Assembly: GCF_025526975.1 (NCBI RefSeq)
Contig: NW_026515704.1
Location: forward strand, 62,001-126,000
DNA: 64,000 bases
Source of the DNA: Fimicolochytrium jonesii
Lineage: Eukaryota
Direction: 5' to 3'
Both the position numbers and the translations under genes were made by a program. This document shows positions 24,201-35,778 of this stretch, in pieces. A model generated the notes under the pieces. That model was not told where the DNA came from, did no database searches, and saw only the letters and a program-made list of their open reading frames with translations. The first letter of the stretch is position 1; the number at the start of each line of letters is the position of its first letter.

Positions 24201-26262
24201 GACCGTCACCGACACGCTGGCAGCAACGGATGCGAGCCCAACCCCCGCCAGCGATCCACACCCTGCCACCGCAACGCAGACCAGCATACCTCCTCCACCG
24301 CCCCCACCACCCATCATGCAAGTCGAACCCGTCGCCTCGGTCCCGCCCCCGCCTCCACCGCCGCCTCCCCCGGTCATGCAGTTCACTGGAGGAGCTCCAC
24401 CACCACCCCCACCACCGCCCCCGCCTGTGATGGGTGGGGGACCGCCGCCTCCGCCGCCGCCCCCGCCTGTGATGGGTGGGGGACCGCCGCCTCCACCTCC
24501 TCCGCCACCTGTTATGGGTGGTGGACCGCCGCCTCCACCTCCTCCGCCACCTGTTATGGGTGGTGGACCACCGCCTCCACCACCACCCCCTCCTATGGGA
24601 GGGCCCGGAGGCCCTCCACCTCCACCGCCCCCTCCACCCATGGGAGGTCCACCCCCGCCACCCCCACCACCCGGCAGCCTCCCTCCCGCCCCAGCCGCGC
24701 CAGCACCAGCCCCGGCAGCCCCGGGCGACAGCTCCGCCTTCCTGGCCGAGCTCCGGGACCCCAACCGCCGCAAAAAGCTCCGCAAAGTGGCACACACGCC
24801 CGCCGCGCGCCCTTCCTCAACCCCTACGGCCGCAACAACCGAAGCCAACGAGGAAAAAGAGAAAGAAGCCCGTAAACTCCAGGAAGAGTCTGAACGGCAG
24901 GAGTTGTTCATCGAGCTGCTCGGGTACATGGAAGCGCCGAACGGCAACATCGAAGAGCTCTGCGACAAAGCCAAGACGCAGACGAACCTCGTCCGGAGTT
25001 TCGCGTTCACGCTCATGCGCAAGGGGTGGGTGGTCGGGTACCGCGTCACGGACAACTTACCGGAGGTTGCCGAGAAGGGGAAGAAGGCGACGCCCCGGGT
25101 GCCGGTGAAGGTGTGGCTTGGCCGGGAGGTGATGACGTGTATTGAGCTTGCGGACCTGACTGAGGCGGAGTTGATGGCCAAACTGGGCAAGACCACCCCC
25201 AACGACTCGGACGACCCCGCGGCCGACGCGAAGGTCATCGTCAAACGCAAAGGCGAGGTCGGCCGGATCTACATGTACCGCCTGGACGAAAAGAGCAAAC
25301 AGCATGTGGTGGATGAGATTGCGCTTGTGGCGACCAAGACGTTCCCGAAGCGAACGAAGCCGTTCGATGACCCCGAACCGCCGCAGGACGCGAGCTTGGA
25401 GAATCGGAATAGGTGGGAGAAGTGGAATGAGAAGAAACTGGCGTATTTTCAGAGTGATTGGCCGCAGTTTGAGTTGATCTATAATAAGTTGGTGAGTGTT
25501 TTTTTTTTGGCTTCATTTTCGTTTGAGGTGGTGATTGATGAGGGGGTGGGATGTCGATTTTCTGATTTTTCTGTGATCTCGCGCGGGCAGATGGCCACCT
25601 CACTGATAGTGCAAAGCACGCACCACCAACTCCAACAAACGCTCTCCGAGATGCGCGCCATGGGCGAAGCCATGCACACCACCTTCAGCGGCTTCACGGT
25701 TCCGCAACTCCGCCGCGTCGTCGAGTCGATCCCGGGGCGGATCAAAGACATTGCCAAGAAGCTGCAGAAGCAGACGGGGATCATCATCCGCGACGAGAGT
25801 CTGAAGCTCACGCCCGAGTTCCTGAAGCTCATGAACATGAACACGAATGCTGCCGGGAAGAAGACCAGCCCGGATTTGAAAGCGGTCGTGCACAACGCCG
25901 ATGTGCCGGTGGCGGTCCCGTTACCCCCCGCGGTAGCTGTCGCGGCCGCCGCGGAGACCCAAGTCGCCCACGCTGCAGAAGCTTCCACGCCACCGGAGTC
26001 CATCACCACCCCGGTCTCACCCACTACAGTCACCGCCTCACCCGCCCCCGTCCCACGCATCAACTCCTCCCCCGCCGTCGTGACACCGACCTCACCGACG
26101 ACACCGCCCCCGACCCCGTTGACGGAGCCCACGCTTGGCGCCGGCGGGAGCATGATCACCCTCGGCGGGGTGCCGTTCGATGTGCTCCTGCCGCTGCTGA
26201 AGAAGAGCTTCAATGCCAAGGAGTTGAAGGAGGAGAAGTTGGCGAGGAGGTTGACCATGTAG
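21266..26262 (+). CDS. Large polyproline + WH2-like putative actin regulator; exons 21266..21510, 21646..21991, 22205..23408, 23492..25491, 25591..26262
   Basis: Four GT-AG introns join the ORFs in frame. FH1-like (MGGGPPPPPPPPPV)n tract followed by SAFLAELRDPNRRKKLRKV (WH2-like helix + LRKV). Confidence 0.75.
24430..24600 (+). repeat. Coding tandem repeat, about 4 x 42 nt (MGGGP9V)
   Basis: Units start at 24430, 24472, 24514 and 24556. Confidence 0.9.
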
Positions 26263-26839
26263 GGGGGGTTTGTACACACACAATGGGGGGATCGAGTGTA
26301 GATAGCCCTGCGAGCATTTGTAGATGTAGCATCTTGTCATCCCACCTGTAGGTGTACTTATACTCCCACCCCCCCTATTCTTCTGCGCCCCGTTTCCGCA
26401 TACAGCCACCCCATCACCAACCCCTGCAATGTACACGATCGATGCCGCTTTAGGTTTACTTGCAACTTTTTGTGCTGTTTTTTTTTTCAGTTTGTCGCCT
26501 AACCTTTTGGTGTATATACAGAAAAAGATATATGGGGATCCGGGGGACTGTTCCCCGTAATTGTTTACATTCCCGAGATCGAAAAAGTTGTGGGGGGGAT
26601 TTGAAAATACCAACAAGCACACATTTGTGAGCTGAGAAGGGATTTGAGTGTAGCCCGCCCACGAGTCGAGTTGGGGATCGCCTCGGTGCAGATATGCACT
26701 GTTGGGGGTTTTTTTGGTACCGTTTCTGCCATTCCTCCTGTCGCCTGTGGCAGCTGATTGAAATCGTGCAGACTCGTCGGGACGATGTTGTTGTTCGACG
26801 ACGCACTTCTCGTTTTCGGGGCGAGGACATATGTCCATG

Positions 26840-28774
26840 TTACCCGCCGCGCACCCTCTTGCCCGCGTCCCCATCCCTGCAACCGTCCTTCTTCGCCTGC
26901 TTTCCCGTCAGCACCATCGCATCGCCCATCCTCACCATTCCCCCTTTCCTTCCCCTCCTAAACCCGCTCGCGGGCCACACAAACGCCCTCGCCTCCGCGA
27001 TCGCCTCCATCACGTCCGGGCGGCCGCGATCACAGGGAAGCACGAGCCGCTCCTCCGGGTCCGTGAGCTTTGCGGCGCACATGTCCGCGCGGCGGAGATC
27101 CGCGACCTGCCTTGCGGAGCCGGCGGCGTGGGCGAGGAACCACAGGACGACGTGGCGGCGGACGGGGGTGTAGAAGGTTTGCGGGTGGGCGGCGACGAAC
27201 TTGACGAGGTTGTAGAGGTGTTGGTGGGTGTGTCGGGGGCGGGACGGGGCGCCGGGGTTCGGGGTTTGGTACTGCAACCGCCAAAAACCATCAGAAAAAA
27301 CCCACGGGTCAGATAACCACGGACGGACCTTGAGCAGGGCGCGGTGCGGGTGGAAGTGGTGGCACAGCGCGACGGCGGCGTCGAGGGCCAGCCGATGCAG
27401 GTCGTGGGAGTTCAACGCGGGCGGGGGTGCCCTGGGCGCGGTCTTCTGCAGCGCGGCCCACCCGGGCGGGGGGCCGTGCGCGCCGTCCCAGCCCCGCGCA
27501 AGCTGCTGTTCACGGTTGCGGTGCTCGTGCATGGCGCGGTTGTACTCGGCTTTGAGCTTCTCCTGCTTGGCGTACTGCGGCGGCCCGCGGCGGATCGCGT
27601 GGCTGATCGCTTTGGCGTCTTCGGTGAGGAAGGCGTCTGCGTCGGTTTTCATGATCCCCGTGCGGGGTTTGGGCGAGGGGGAGACGGTGAGCGGTTGGGG
27701 CGCGAGGCGGTACGCGAAGAGCTTGACGATCGGTGTGGGATCCGCGGGGGTGGCGGGCTCTGGGTCGTTTCCCCATCCGCCGTCGTCACCCGTGTCGGGA
27801 GCCGTGCCGAGGGTGAAAGTAGACGAGGGTGGGTTGGCGATGCCGTGGGCTGGGGTTGTGTTGGTCGCGGCGGGCGTCTCACGCGCCGCTCGGGCGTTCG
27901 CTTCCGCAAACCCAAAGTCGTCATCCAGCGTCCCCCACACGTCGTCGCACGCACACACCCTATCCGCATCCGCATTGGCCTTGATCGTCTGCCTCTCCCT
28001 CTCTTTCTTCACCGGATCCACTGCATCCTTCTTCTTCCTTCCTTCCATCGGCGCGGCTACATCCATGCCAACGCCCAGGATACGGTCCTGACCTGGGTAC
28101 GTATCCTCCCCATCGGCGCCGCGGCTGCGGATAGAGAAGTAGTCTCTGACGACGGCCAGGAAGCTGAGGCACCTGAACAGATCAGCGACGCGGACGTCCA
28201 GAGGGAGGAACACAAACAGGTAGTAGAATCGATTGGCGGTCAGCGCGCGTTTGATGGTCTCGAGGATGGGTGGGGTCATGACCGCTTGGATCTCGGGGTC
28301 AAGGAGTGTGACGACGTACGCGGGCGCCTTTGGAGAGTCGTGGTCGGCCGTGCTGCTTTTGCCGCGAGGACTTTCCTCGGACGCGGTCATCGCGATGCGC
28401 CACCTGCCGCCGGCAAGGGTGGAGAAGTAGGGGATGCGGCTAAGGAGGGAATGACGGACGCCGAGCCGGTGCCCTTGGATGTCGAAGTAGACCATTTCGG
28501 GGTCTTCGGGGTCTTCGGGGTCTGTGGTCGCTCTGTTAAGCTCTGTGTCTTTGGAAGTGGAGTTCGGGATGGTTGTGTCCATGGGCGTGTGCTCGGTGTC
28601 GGGAGCGTTCTTTGCTGCGGCGTCAGCGGTGGTTGCTCTGTTAAGCTCTGTGTCGTTAGAAGTGGGTGTGGGGAGATTGGTATCCATCGGTGTGTACCCC
28701 GTGTCGGAAACGTTCTGTGCTGCAGCGTCAGCGGGCGGGGTGTTGCCGCTATTATCGGGCTGCAAGGATGACAT
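26840..28774 (-). CDS. Intronless 644-aa protein with BTB/POZ-like segment and N-terminal 35-aa duplication
   Basis: Long ATG-initiated ORF; MVYFDIQGHRLGVRHSLLSRIPYFSTL resembles a BTB/POZ N-terminus. Confidence 0.65.
   Translation of the reverse strand: MSSLQPDNSGNTPPADAAAQNVSDTGYTPMDTNLPTPTSNDTELNRATTADAAAKNAPDTEHTPMDTTIPNSTSKDTELNRATTDPEDPEDPEMVYFDIQGHRLGVRHSLLSRIPYFSTLAGGRWRIAMTASEESPRGKSSTADHDSPKAPAYVVTLLDPEIQAVMTPPILETIKRALTANRFYYLFVFLPLDVRVADLFRCLSFLAVVRDYFSIRSRGADGEDTYPGQDRILGVGMDVAAPMEGRKKKDAVDPVKKERERQTIKANADADRVCACDDVWGTLDDDFGFAEANARAARETPAATNTTPAHGIANPPSSTFTLGTAPDTGDDGGWGNDPEPATPADPTPIVKLFAYRLAPQPLTVSPSPKPRTGIMKTDADAFLTEDAKAISHAIRRGPPQYAKQEKLKAEYNRAMHEHRNREQQLARGWDGAHGPPPGWAALQKTAPRAPPPALNSHDLHRLALDAAVALCHHFHPHRALLKVRPWLSDPWVFSDGFWRLQYQTPNPGAPSRPRHTHQHLYNLVKFVAAHPQTFYTPVRRHVVLWFLAHAAGSARQVADLRRADMCAAKLTDPEERLVLPCDRGRPDVMEAIAEARAFVWPASGFRRGRKGGMVRMGDAMVLTGKQAKKDGCRDGDAGKRVRGG
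28523..28732. repeat. Tandem duplication, 2 x 105 nt
   Basis: gtggt(c/t)gctctgttaagctctgtgtc recurs at 28524 and 28629; encodes ADAAA..TELNRATT twice. Confidence 0.9.
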
Positions 28775-29412
28775 CTTTCAATGATATCTGAGCCTTGTCC
28801 AGGCACCGAGAGTAGTAAGTCTGTGTGCTTGCGAGCGAGCCTTGTCCAGATCCAGGCACCGAATCAATAGCTGTGTCTGCTTTGCGAGTGAAACCGGTGT
28901 GAGATAAGGCCGACTAGCAACAAACCGCAAAGGCAGGAAGTTTGAGGGCCCATTTAATCGCTTTTTGTATCGATTGCTGCGGGTTCGACAGCTAAATTCC
29001 GTATGGTGGGGAAGTCTGCGCTTATGCTAAGCCCGTCTGTCATGCCACGTACGCAGGATATCATCTGTGGAGACGGAGCGGGGGTGAAACCCTTAGGACA
29101 CCACGAAATGACATAAATTCGACAGCGCGCCAAAGACGCTGTCAAGGGTTTTGACAGCGCGCCTATCTGTGACGTAAATCCAGCGCCAAAACGTCATTTG
29201 GGGCAAGCGGAATATCCGACGGGACAGGAACAAAAAGATTGCACGAGGGAGCATCGGTAATAATGAGTGGGGCGGCATGACCCCACGGTTCGCTTTGCGG
29301 CGATACGGAATATAAGTCTCTCAGGGAGTAAAAGAACGGCCTCTTCAACTGAAGTCCGCTCCGAAAGCATCAACCTGTGCAACACAACGAAGAACTCGAA
29401 AGTCCCCAAAAC

Positions 29413-30683
29413 ATGCCCGCAAAACTCGAATCCGTCATCGCCCCCTCCCGCGACGAATCCGGCGTCCCAAAATCGCTCCCCAAAACCCAACGAGTCGCCA
29501 TCGCCACCTCGCACGGCGCCGGCGTCGAGCTCAAATCCGACCATCCCGTGCCTACCCCCGGCCCCAACGACGTTCTCGTGCACATCATTCGCACAGGTGT
29601 CTGCCACACGGACCTGCACGCGCTCGATGGGGACTGGGAGGTCAAAAGCAAACTGCCTGTGATTGCGGGGCATGAGGGTGCGGGTGTGGTTGTGAAGGTT
29701 GGGGAGAATGTGGATTTCTTGCAGGAGGGTGACCGTGTAGGGGTGAAGTGGTTGCAGAGCACGTGTGGGCAGTGTGAGTTTTGTTTGGATGGGAAGGAGA
29801 CGGTTTGTTCCAACCAGCAGCGTACGGGATTCAGCTGCGATGGAACGTTTCAGGAGTATGCTGGTGAGTACCGCTTTTTGGGTTCATGTCGGTGGATAAC
29901 GTATTGAGGAATGCATCTTCCAACGCTAATCGTGTTTTTTCTACCCGTCGCAGTTGCAAGCGCCGCCCACGTCATTCCCATTCCCGAAGGTTTGAGCAAC
30001 GATCAAGCAGCTCCCATCCTCTGCGCTGGCGTGACAGTCTACAAAGGCTTGAAGGAGACAGAAGTGAAGCCTGGACAGTGGGTGGTGGTATCTGGCGCGG
30101 GAGGAGGGTTGGGACATCTGGCCGTTCAATACGCTCGCGCCATGTAAGTCACATCAGACAAGTACCAGGGGAATGTTTGACTGGCACGCCAACTGACATC
30201 TTATCGGTCGCCAGGGGAATGCGGGTAATCGCCATCGACCACCCCTCCAAAGAATCCTTCTGCTCCAAACTCAAAGCCGAAGCATTCGTCCCCTTCACCC
30301 TCAAACCCGACGAACTCACCCAAAAGATCAAATCCATCACCAACGGCGGTGCCCACGGTGCCCTCCTCGCCGTCGCCTCACCTGAGCCATACGCCACTGC
30401 CCTCACCTACCTCCGCTCGTGGGGCACACTCGTCACGCTGGGTCTCCCGAAACGCGGGTCGCAGATCCCTGTTGATATCTTTGACACGGTGATGCGGCGG
30501 TTGACGGTGCGGGGAAGCATTGTGGGGGATAGGAAGGATGCGCGGGAGGCGATGGAGTTTGCGGCGAGGGGGGATGTGAAGGTGGAGGTGGAGGTTGTGG
30601 GGTGGGAGAACTTGAAGGAGGTATTGGGGAAGATGAAGGAGGGAAAGTTGCAGGGCAGGGTGGTTTTGGATACGAGCAAATGA
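29413..30683 (+). CDS. ADH: Zinc-dependent alcohol dehydrogenase; exons 29413..29863, 29954..30143, 30215..30683
   Basis: [14 protein letters not shown], structural Zn C-x2-C-x2-C-x7-[25 protein letters not shown]; introns restore frame. Confidence 0.95.
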
Positions 30684-31028
30684 GATGGGGTCGGGTCGGG
30701 TGCGTGTGGTTGTGAACAGTACTGCTTCCGCTTCATCAGGCGGCATATGATGAAGGAGGAATCCATGCAGTTATATCATCTTTCACATTAAGCTCTTATA
30801 TTCGTGTGTTGCTATCTTAGCTAGGGGCATGACTACAACGGCCTCTGGGCACTTATATCGGCCGCCGATAACTCTACGGGCGATCGCCTTCAGGCCGTAT
30901 TGCACGTTCATGATTGGGGTATACTACATACTTCATTCGTCGACAATCCAGTTGCCTGAGTATTTGAGGGATGTATGTTTCTGGCACACATGCTACAGAG
31001 GTGGGTAGATAGCGATAGAGGGGATACA

Positions 31029-31271
31029 CTACAACGGCTTCTGGGCCGTCTTCTCGCCAGCCGCCGGTTTCGACACATCACCCGCCGGCAGCTCCAGATC
31101 AATCGGCGGCGGCTGATTGGTCATATACGCGGTCTTCTCATACACCGTCCGGCCTTCTTTGTAGTCCATGGCGACACTCGCATCCATCCGCTGGTCGACG
31201 TTGCGGGCGTAGGTGGTGCAGCTGCAGATGCAGTTGTAGCATTTGCTGAAGCAGCCTTCGTCGGCTAGCAT
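31029..31271 (-). CDS. Small 80-aa protein with N-terminal Cys cluster
   Basis: ATG in ACCATG context; MLADEGCFSKCYNCICSC...; codon usage like neighbouring genes. Confidence 0.55.
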   Translation of the reverse strand: MLADEGCFSKCYNCICSCTTYARNVDQRMDASVAMDYKEGRTVYEKTAYMTNQPPPIDLELPAGDVSKPAAGEKTAQKPL

Positions 31272-32927
31272 GGTGTTGTGGTGGTGGGCGGGTTTGAGTG
31301 TGGTGAGGAGCTGATCAGAGCGATGGGGCACTCAGATCTCTGATGAATCGATGCCGGGATGGAAGGACTGACTGGGTGAGATGGGACACAGCTTTTCTTT
31401 TTGGCTTTCGTAGGACGGGCGGCTCTGATGGGACGCCGACTCGTCTCATTTAACCGTTGATTCAGCAGCCGAGACCCCTCTCCCCCAACCCGTTTTATAC
31501 AGCATTGCGGCGGCAACGTAGAGACAGTAGACATTGCAGGCGTCGTCCCATCTCATTGCGGAGTGGCAGTGGGGACTTTGCGTTTTCATTACAGTATGCC
31601 GGCAATTTGTGTCACATGAGGTGATGAGGGCACACCGACGCGTACGTACTGTACATGTAAGGCTACATAGAGAAAAGTCGCGACTACGAGGGCCGAAGAG
31701 GAAGCACGAGATGTTCCCAAACCATCATCAACGGCCCTGTACCACAATGCGGACAATCTTTCGTACCATCAGGAGCGCTACGATCCGGCAACATTATCTT
31801 CATCATCGAAGGTCTGGACTCTGGATGGACAACGTGCTAGCCCTGGCGTCCCGGTCTGAGGGGACAAATCGACATATCGTTGACAGCAAGCGGGAGTCTC
31901 TGTGCAGGTACAGGTAGGGTTCTGTGCTGTTCGAGACTACTTCCTGTGCCCAACGAACATAAAGCACAGCAGTGCAAAGGAACAAAACTCACCGGATGTT
32001 ACCGAGCAGCAAGTACTGTGTAGAATGGCGTCAAGTTTACCTTCACCACCGCCTCCAGCACCGAACCCTCCTCCACCAACGCGGCCGCAGCCGCAGCCGC
32101 AGCCGAGAGTTTGCTTCAGGAAAGACGTTGCATTCAGTGATTTGCTTTCAATTTGATACTCCGCAAACTCCGTTCAAACTTTTCTGTTGATCTGAGTCTT
32201 TTGCGTCTTGGAACCATGTCAACTACTAGGAGGTTCGTGAACTTAAGCGAAGAGGAGAGCGATAGGGTGCGGAAGGATGTTGTGGCGATGTTACTGTTTG
32301 CGCAAGGAAGTACGTCGGGATCGAAAGCGTGACGATTGCGTTCCATCAAAGCGGACTCCTTTGCCATGTTGGCATCACAAAAGCCCACCGGCGATTAGCG
32401 GACGACCAGTTGCCACATGCGCTATGTGATGCGGCGGGAATGGAACATGGCGACAGTGCTCCCGGTACTGGATTCCTGCATGAACGCATATTTCATCAGG
32501 CGTATTCACTGCTCTCATTGACCTTTTCTGGAGTATGACGCAACACGTCCCAACTCCCACCCGCGATCTTCTGGCAGATTCAACCTCCAGGAAGCCGCCA
32601 TGGTTCATCCCAGCGTTGGAATTAGACAATGCGGATCCCGCCATGGCCCATCCCAGCATAGTCCATCAAGCAATGTGGGTCTCGCCATGGACCGTCCTAG
32701 CGTTGCTGATCCCGCCGCGGCCCATCAAGTCACCGCACGTCCTTCCCTGCTGCGAACTTGCATCGAAAAATGTTCCGCTCGAATGAACCTGCTTACACTC
32801 AGCGGGTTCGAGCTGAGACCTGACAGTCTGGTTTCTTGCAGGCACGGGAAAATGTACTGGTAGACTCCGGAGGCTGGCTGCATGCCCTGGCCTCATCCCT
32901 TCCGATGTCCGGGATCTGCACAGAGAA

Positions 32928-33490
32928 TTAGGTAGCAGAGAAGAGAGAACGGCCCTTGCGGAGCTTCTCCGCGTCAGCGGTGAGGGAGAGGACGGCCTTG
33001 GAGGCGGCGGCATAATCCTTCCGCATCTTCTCCACAAACGCCTTCTCGGTCCGGGACGGCTTCCGTTTCTGCGGGGAACTTGGGCGGGGATGTGGGGTGC
33101 GGTGGCGGCGGCCAAGTTGGACCAATTCACGCCAGCGAAGAGGGGATGTTGGCTAATCTTGGAGGGAACGGTAAATATCAAGAACCTACGGGGTCGGGCA
33201 GCTTACTTCTCGGGGTCGGTGAGCCGTTTCTCCCGGCTGCAGATATGACCCTAGGCCATGACGTCCCACTCCTCCCAGTACTGCGCCAGTGCTTCCTTCA
33301 CGTGGAGCGAGGCCTTGTCCATCGTCTCATCGCATACAGTACATCCTGCCATCCCTATTATACTTGACGATCAAGACCTGATGACTGCCAGCCCTGGTGG
33401 ATGATGAGGGTTATATCAACCTTGCCAAAGGCACCCTGGCCGAGGAGCTTGTAGAGGGTGAAGTCGTCGAGGGAGAGACGACCATGGGGC
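32928..33490 (-). pseudogene. AGC-family Ser/Thr kinase pseudogene with large internal deletion
   Basis: Manual translation gives LSLDDFTLYKLLGQGAFGKV (subdomain I) at about 33418-33478, then VLIVKYNRDG, frameshift/stops, and within about 300 nt the AGC tail HPLFAGVNWSNL...APHIP; no HRD/DFG/APE core. Confidence 0.8.
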
Positions 33491-33837
33491 ACGGATTTGG
33501 GGAGGGGGTCGTAGACTTGGGAGAGGGAGGGTGCGAGGGCGTCGGGGTGGAGGGCCCGGGAGGCGACGGAGGCGACGGGCGCGTTCCACCCCAGGGCGGA
33601 GCTCCCACAGGAAGGCGAGGAGGAGGTCTAAGAGACCGTGCTCCGTTTGACCGCTATATAATATAGCCAAGCTCAGGACCTCACCAGCAGAACCACGATA
33701 TCCAACTCAAATATGTCACCAGACGAAAACCTGTTGGCTGATCAGAGTTCAAGCGATACAAAAAGCGGAAAGTCCTAGTTGAGGCAGCTCGTAAGGGAAA
33801 GGAAACCGAGCGTCCTACATATTCTACGTCCACCCTT

Positions 33838-34197
33838 TTGACGCTCCCTTTTATCACAGATGCCGCAGGCAAGCAAGTTCAACCACCATGGGCAGCAGCA
33901 ATAAACGCGAAACTCGACAATCTTCCCCTCAGATTGCATAATTCGAAATGTCTCACCATGGAAGCTGTTTTGCGACCACTAGGAGTGGAGGACGCTAGAG
34001 GCCCCAATCCTGTCGACGCCGTTCCTCCCGCCCCCGCCGCTGGAGCCCAACCAATGTTTCCCCGCACGCTTAGGGACGCGAAGCAGCTCAGCGCCGCCCG
34101 CCTGAACGCATTGGAACAGTTTTATAACAAGGTTTTCCCTGGAGCTACTATCGGTGATCGACGCGACGAGTTTCTTCTTTGGATTGGTTGTTCATAA
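33838..34197 (+). CDS. Small protein resembling the fungal Mug135-like C-terminal domain; 5' end unclear
   Basis: RLHNS...LRPL...FPRTL-x5-LS-x3-LNALEQFY...RR-x2-F-x2-WIG pattern; no clear ATG for the full ORF. Confidence 0.55.
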   Translation: MTLPFITDAAGKQVQPPWAAAINAKLDNLPLRLHNSKCLTMEAVLRPLGVEDARGPNPVDAVPPAPAAGAQPMFPRTLRDAKQLSAARLNALEQFYNKVFPGATIGDRRDEFLLWIGCS

Positions 34198-34577
34198 TGA
34201 GACGTATGGATTCCAAACTTCGGCAACTTGAAGCCTGACTGACATACCAACCGAAGTACCATGACAAGCTACTAGTGCTAGTGGGTCTTGACGGCTATGT
34301 CGAGGAGAATTGCTGGAGTTACTGGCAGGAATTCAAAGAACTGCAGCCTGCCCCTCTAGTATTCTGTCATAAATGGATGTTGATTTAGTAGTGCGATGGA
34401 CCCCATCCAAAAAGGACACAAATGTCCCGTGTGGATCGAATAAATGACAAACATTTACCCTCACAAATTGTCAATATTTACCGTACCAAATTGGTCAGAC
34501 CCCTTCTAGACGGGGTCAAACATTGTACAGACCAATTTGGGTTATCCTTCATCCAGGTCAGAAGAAGCGCTTGAAAA

Positions 34578-35053
34578 TGCATGACTGCACGAGTGATGCC
34601 GAACAGACAGCCGACTTCATCCATTCCAAATACGCCTATCAGCGGACAAAGGTCTCATTCGGAAAGGATGGATGCACCGCCGACGTTAATGTTCAGGAGG
34701 ATCTCTACACCTTCCAGGTAGACAAGCGTGTGCCTCGCCTCGGGTATGTTCATGTTTTCCATCATGCTCAACCATTTCATAGTCTGATGATGGTCGTTGG
34801 GGTGGTAATAACGGGTCGACGCTCACCGCCAGTATCCTCGCCAATCGTCACAACCTGTCATGGGAGACCAAGGATGGTGTACAGACCGCCAACTACTTTG
34901 GCTCCGTGACGCAGTCGTCGACGATACTTCTCGGCACGGACGATGAGCATCGCGACGTCTACGTTCCGTTCGGCGCCATGCTTCCCATGGTTCATCCCAA
35001 TGACCTTGTCCTGGGCGGGTGGGACATTAACAGCGCAACGCTGGCGGAGGCTA
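34578..35053 (+). pseudogene. INO1: myo-inositol-1-phosphate synthase N-terminal fragment, frameshifted and truncated
   Basis: SKYAYQRTKV...YTFQVDKRVPRLG, short intron, LMMV[1-nt deletion][42 protein letters not shown]...[16 protein letters not shown]; similarity ends abruptly at about 35053. Confidence 0.9.
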
Positions 35054-35778
35054 AGCTATCATTTGCCGTTTTTTGATAGCATCTAAATATGTGGAACGCG
35101 ACCAAATCCTTTGGATCGACTCAGGTTTAATCCGGCCCGTCTGATTCACATCACCGATGGTCGGTCACCTGCACGAAGAGGGACCTGAGCACTACCCTGA
35201 GCTCGCAGTGATTTCTGCTGCTCACCCCGTCCGGCCAGTCTTCCCAACTGCTCGCCCTGACCTCTTCCCCTAAAAGAGCCCACCCGCACTTAGTCGAAGT
35301 TTGTGGTCGCTGACAGTCCATAGAGCGAAGGTCCGACCATCTGAGCAAATCAAGAATTCAAAGAAGCCCAACCTTCATCTTTTCGATCTCCAGCCCTACG
35401 GCGACTGTGGCATGTCGCTGGTGTCAGCCGCAAACCCCCTTGTCGACTTGCCTGTTCGGTCCGCAAGGACGTGAACGTTTTCAGTTGCACAGCAACGCAC
35501 GCCTTCTCTTCGCCCGTCAGTGATTTAGACACAGCGTGTGCCCATGAAACCACGCCGTTTCCGACGAACAGTACCTGTGGACTGACGAAAGTTGTCCCCA
35601 GAGCTTTCACCGAGAGCGGCGGGAGAGACACAGCAACTCAAAGTTGCCCCTGTGGTGTTCTTGTATTTGCCGCCAAGCACCTAGTCATTCCCAATACTCC
35701 ACATCGCAAATCCTCTCTGTTCCGAGGTACTCGACAAACGATTGTACGCGTCGCGCCTCCATTACATTGGCAAATCCT

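Noticed and set aside
23916..25250. Long antisense ORFs (here Gly-rich; also 15815..16573, 27344..28771, 1485..2456)
   Set aside because: Shadows of GC-rich or repetitive sense-strand genes.
23455..26262. Formin
   Set aside because: An FH1-like tract is present but no recognisable FH2 domain follows; a WH2-like motif follows instead.
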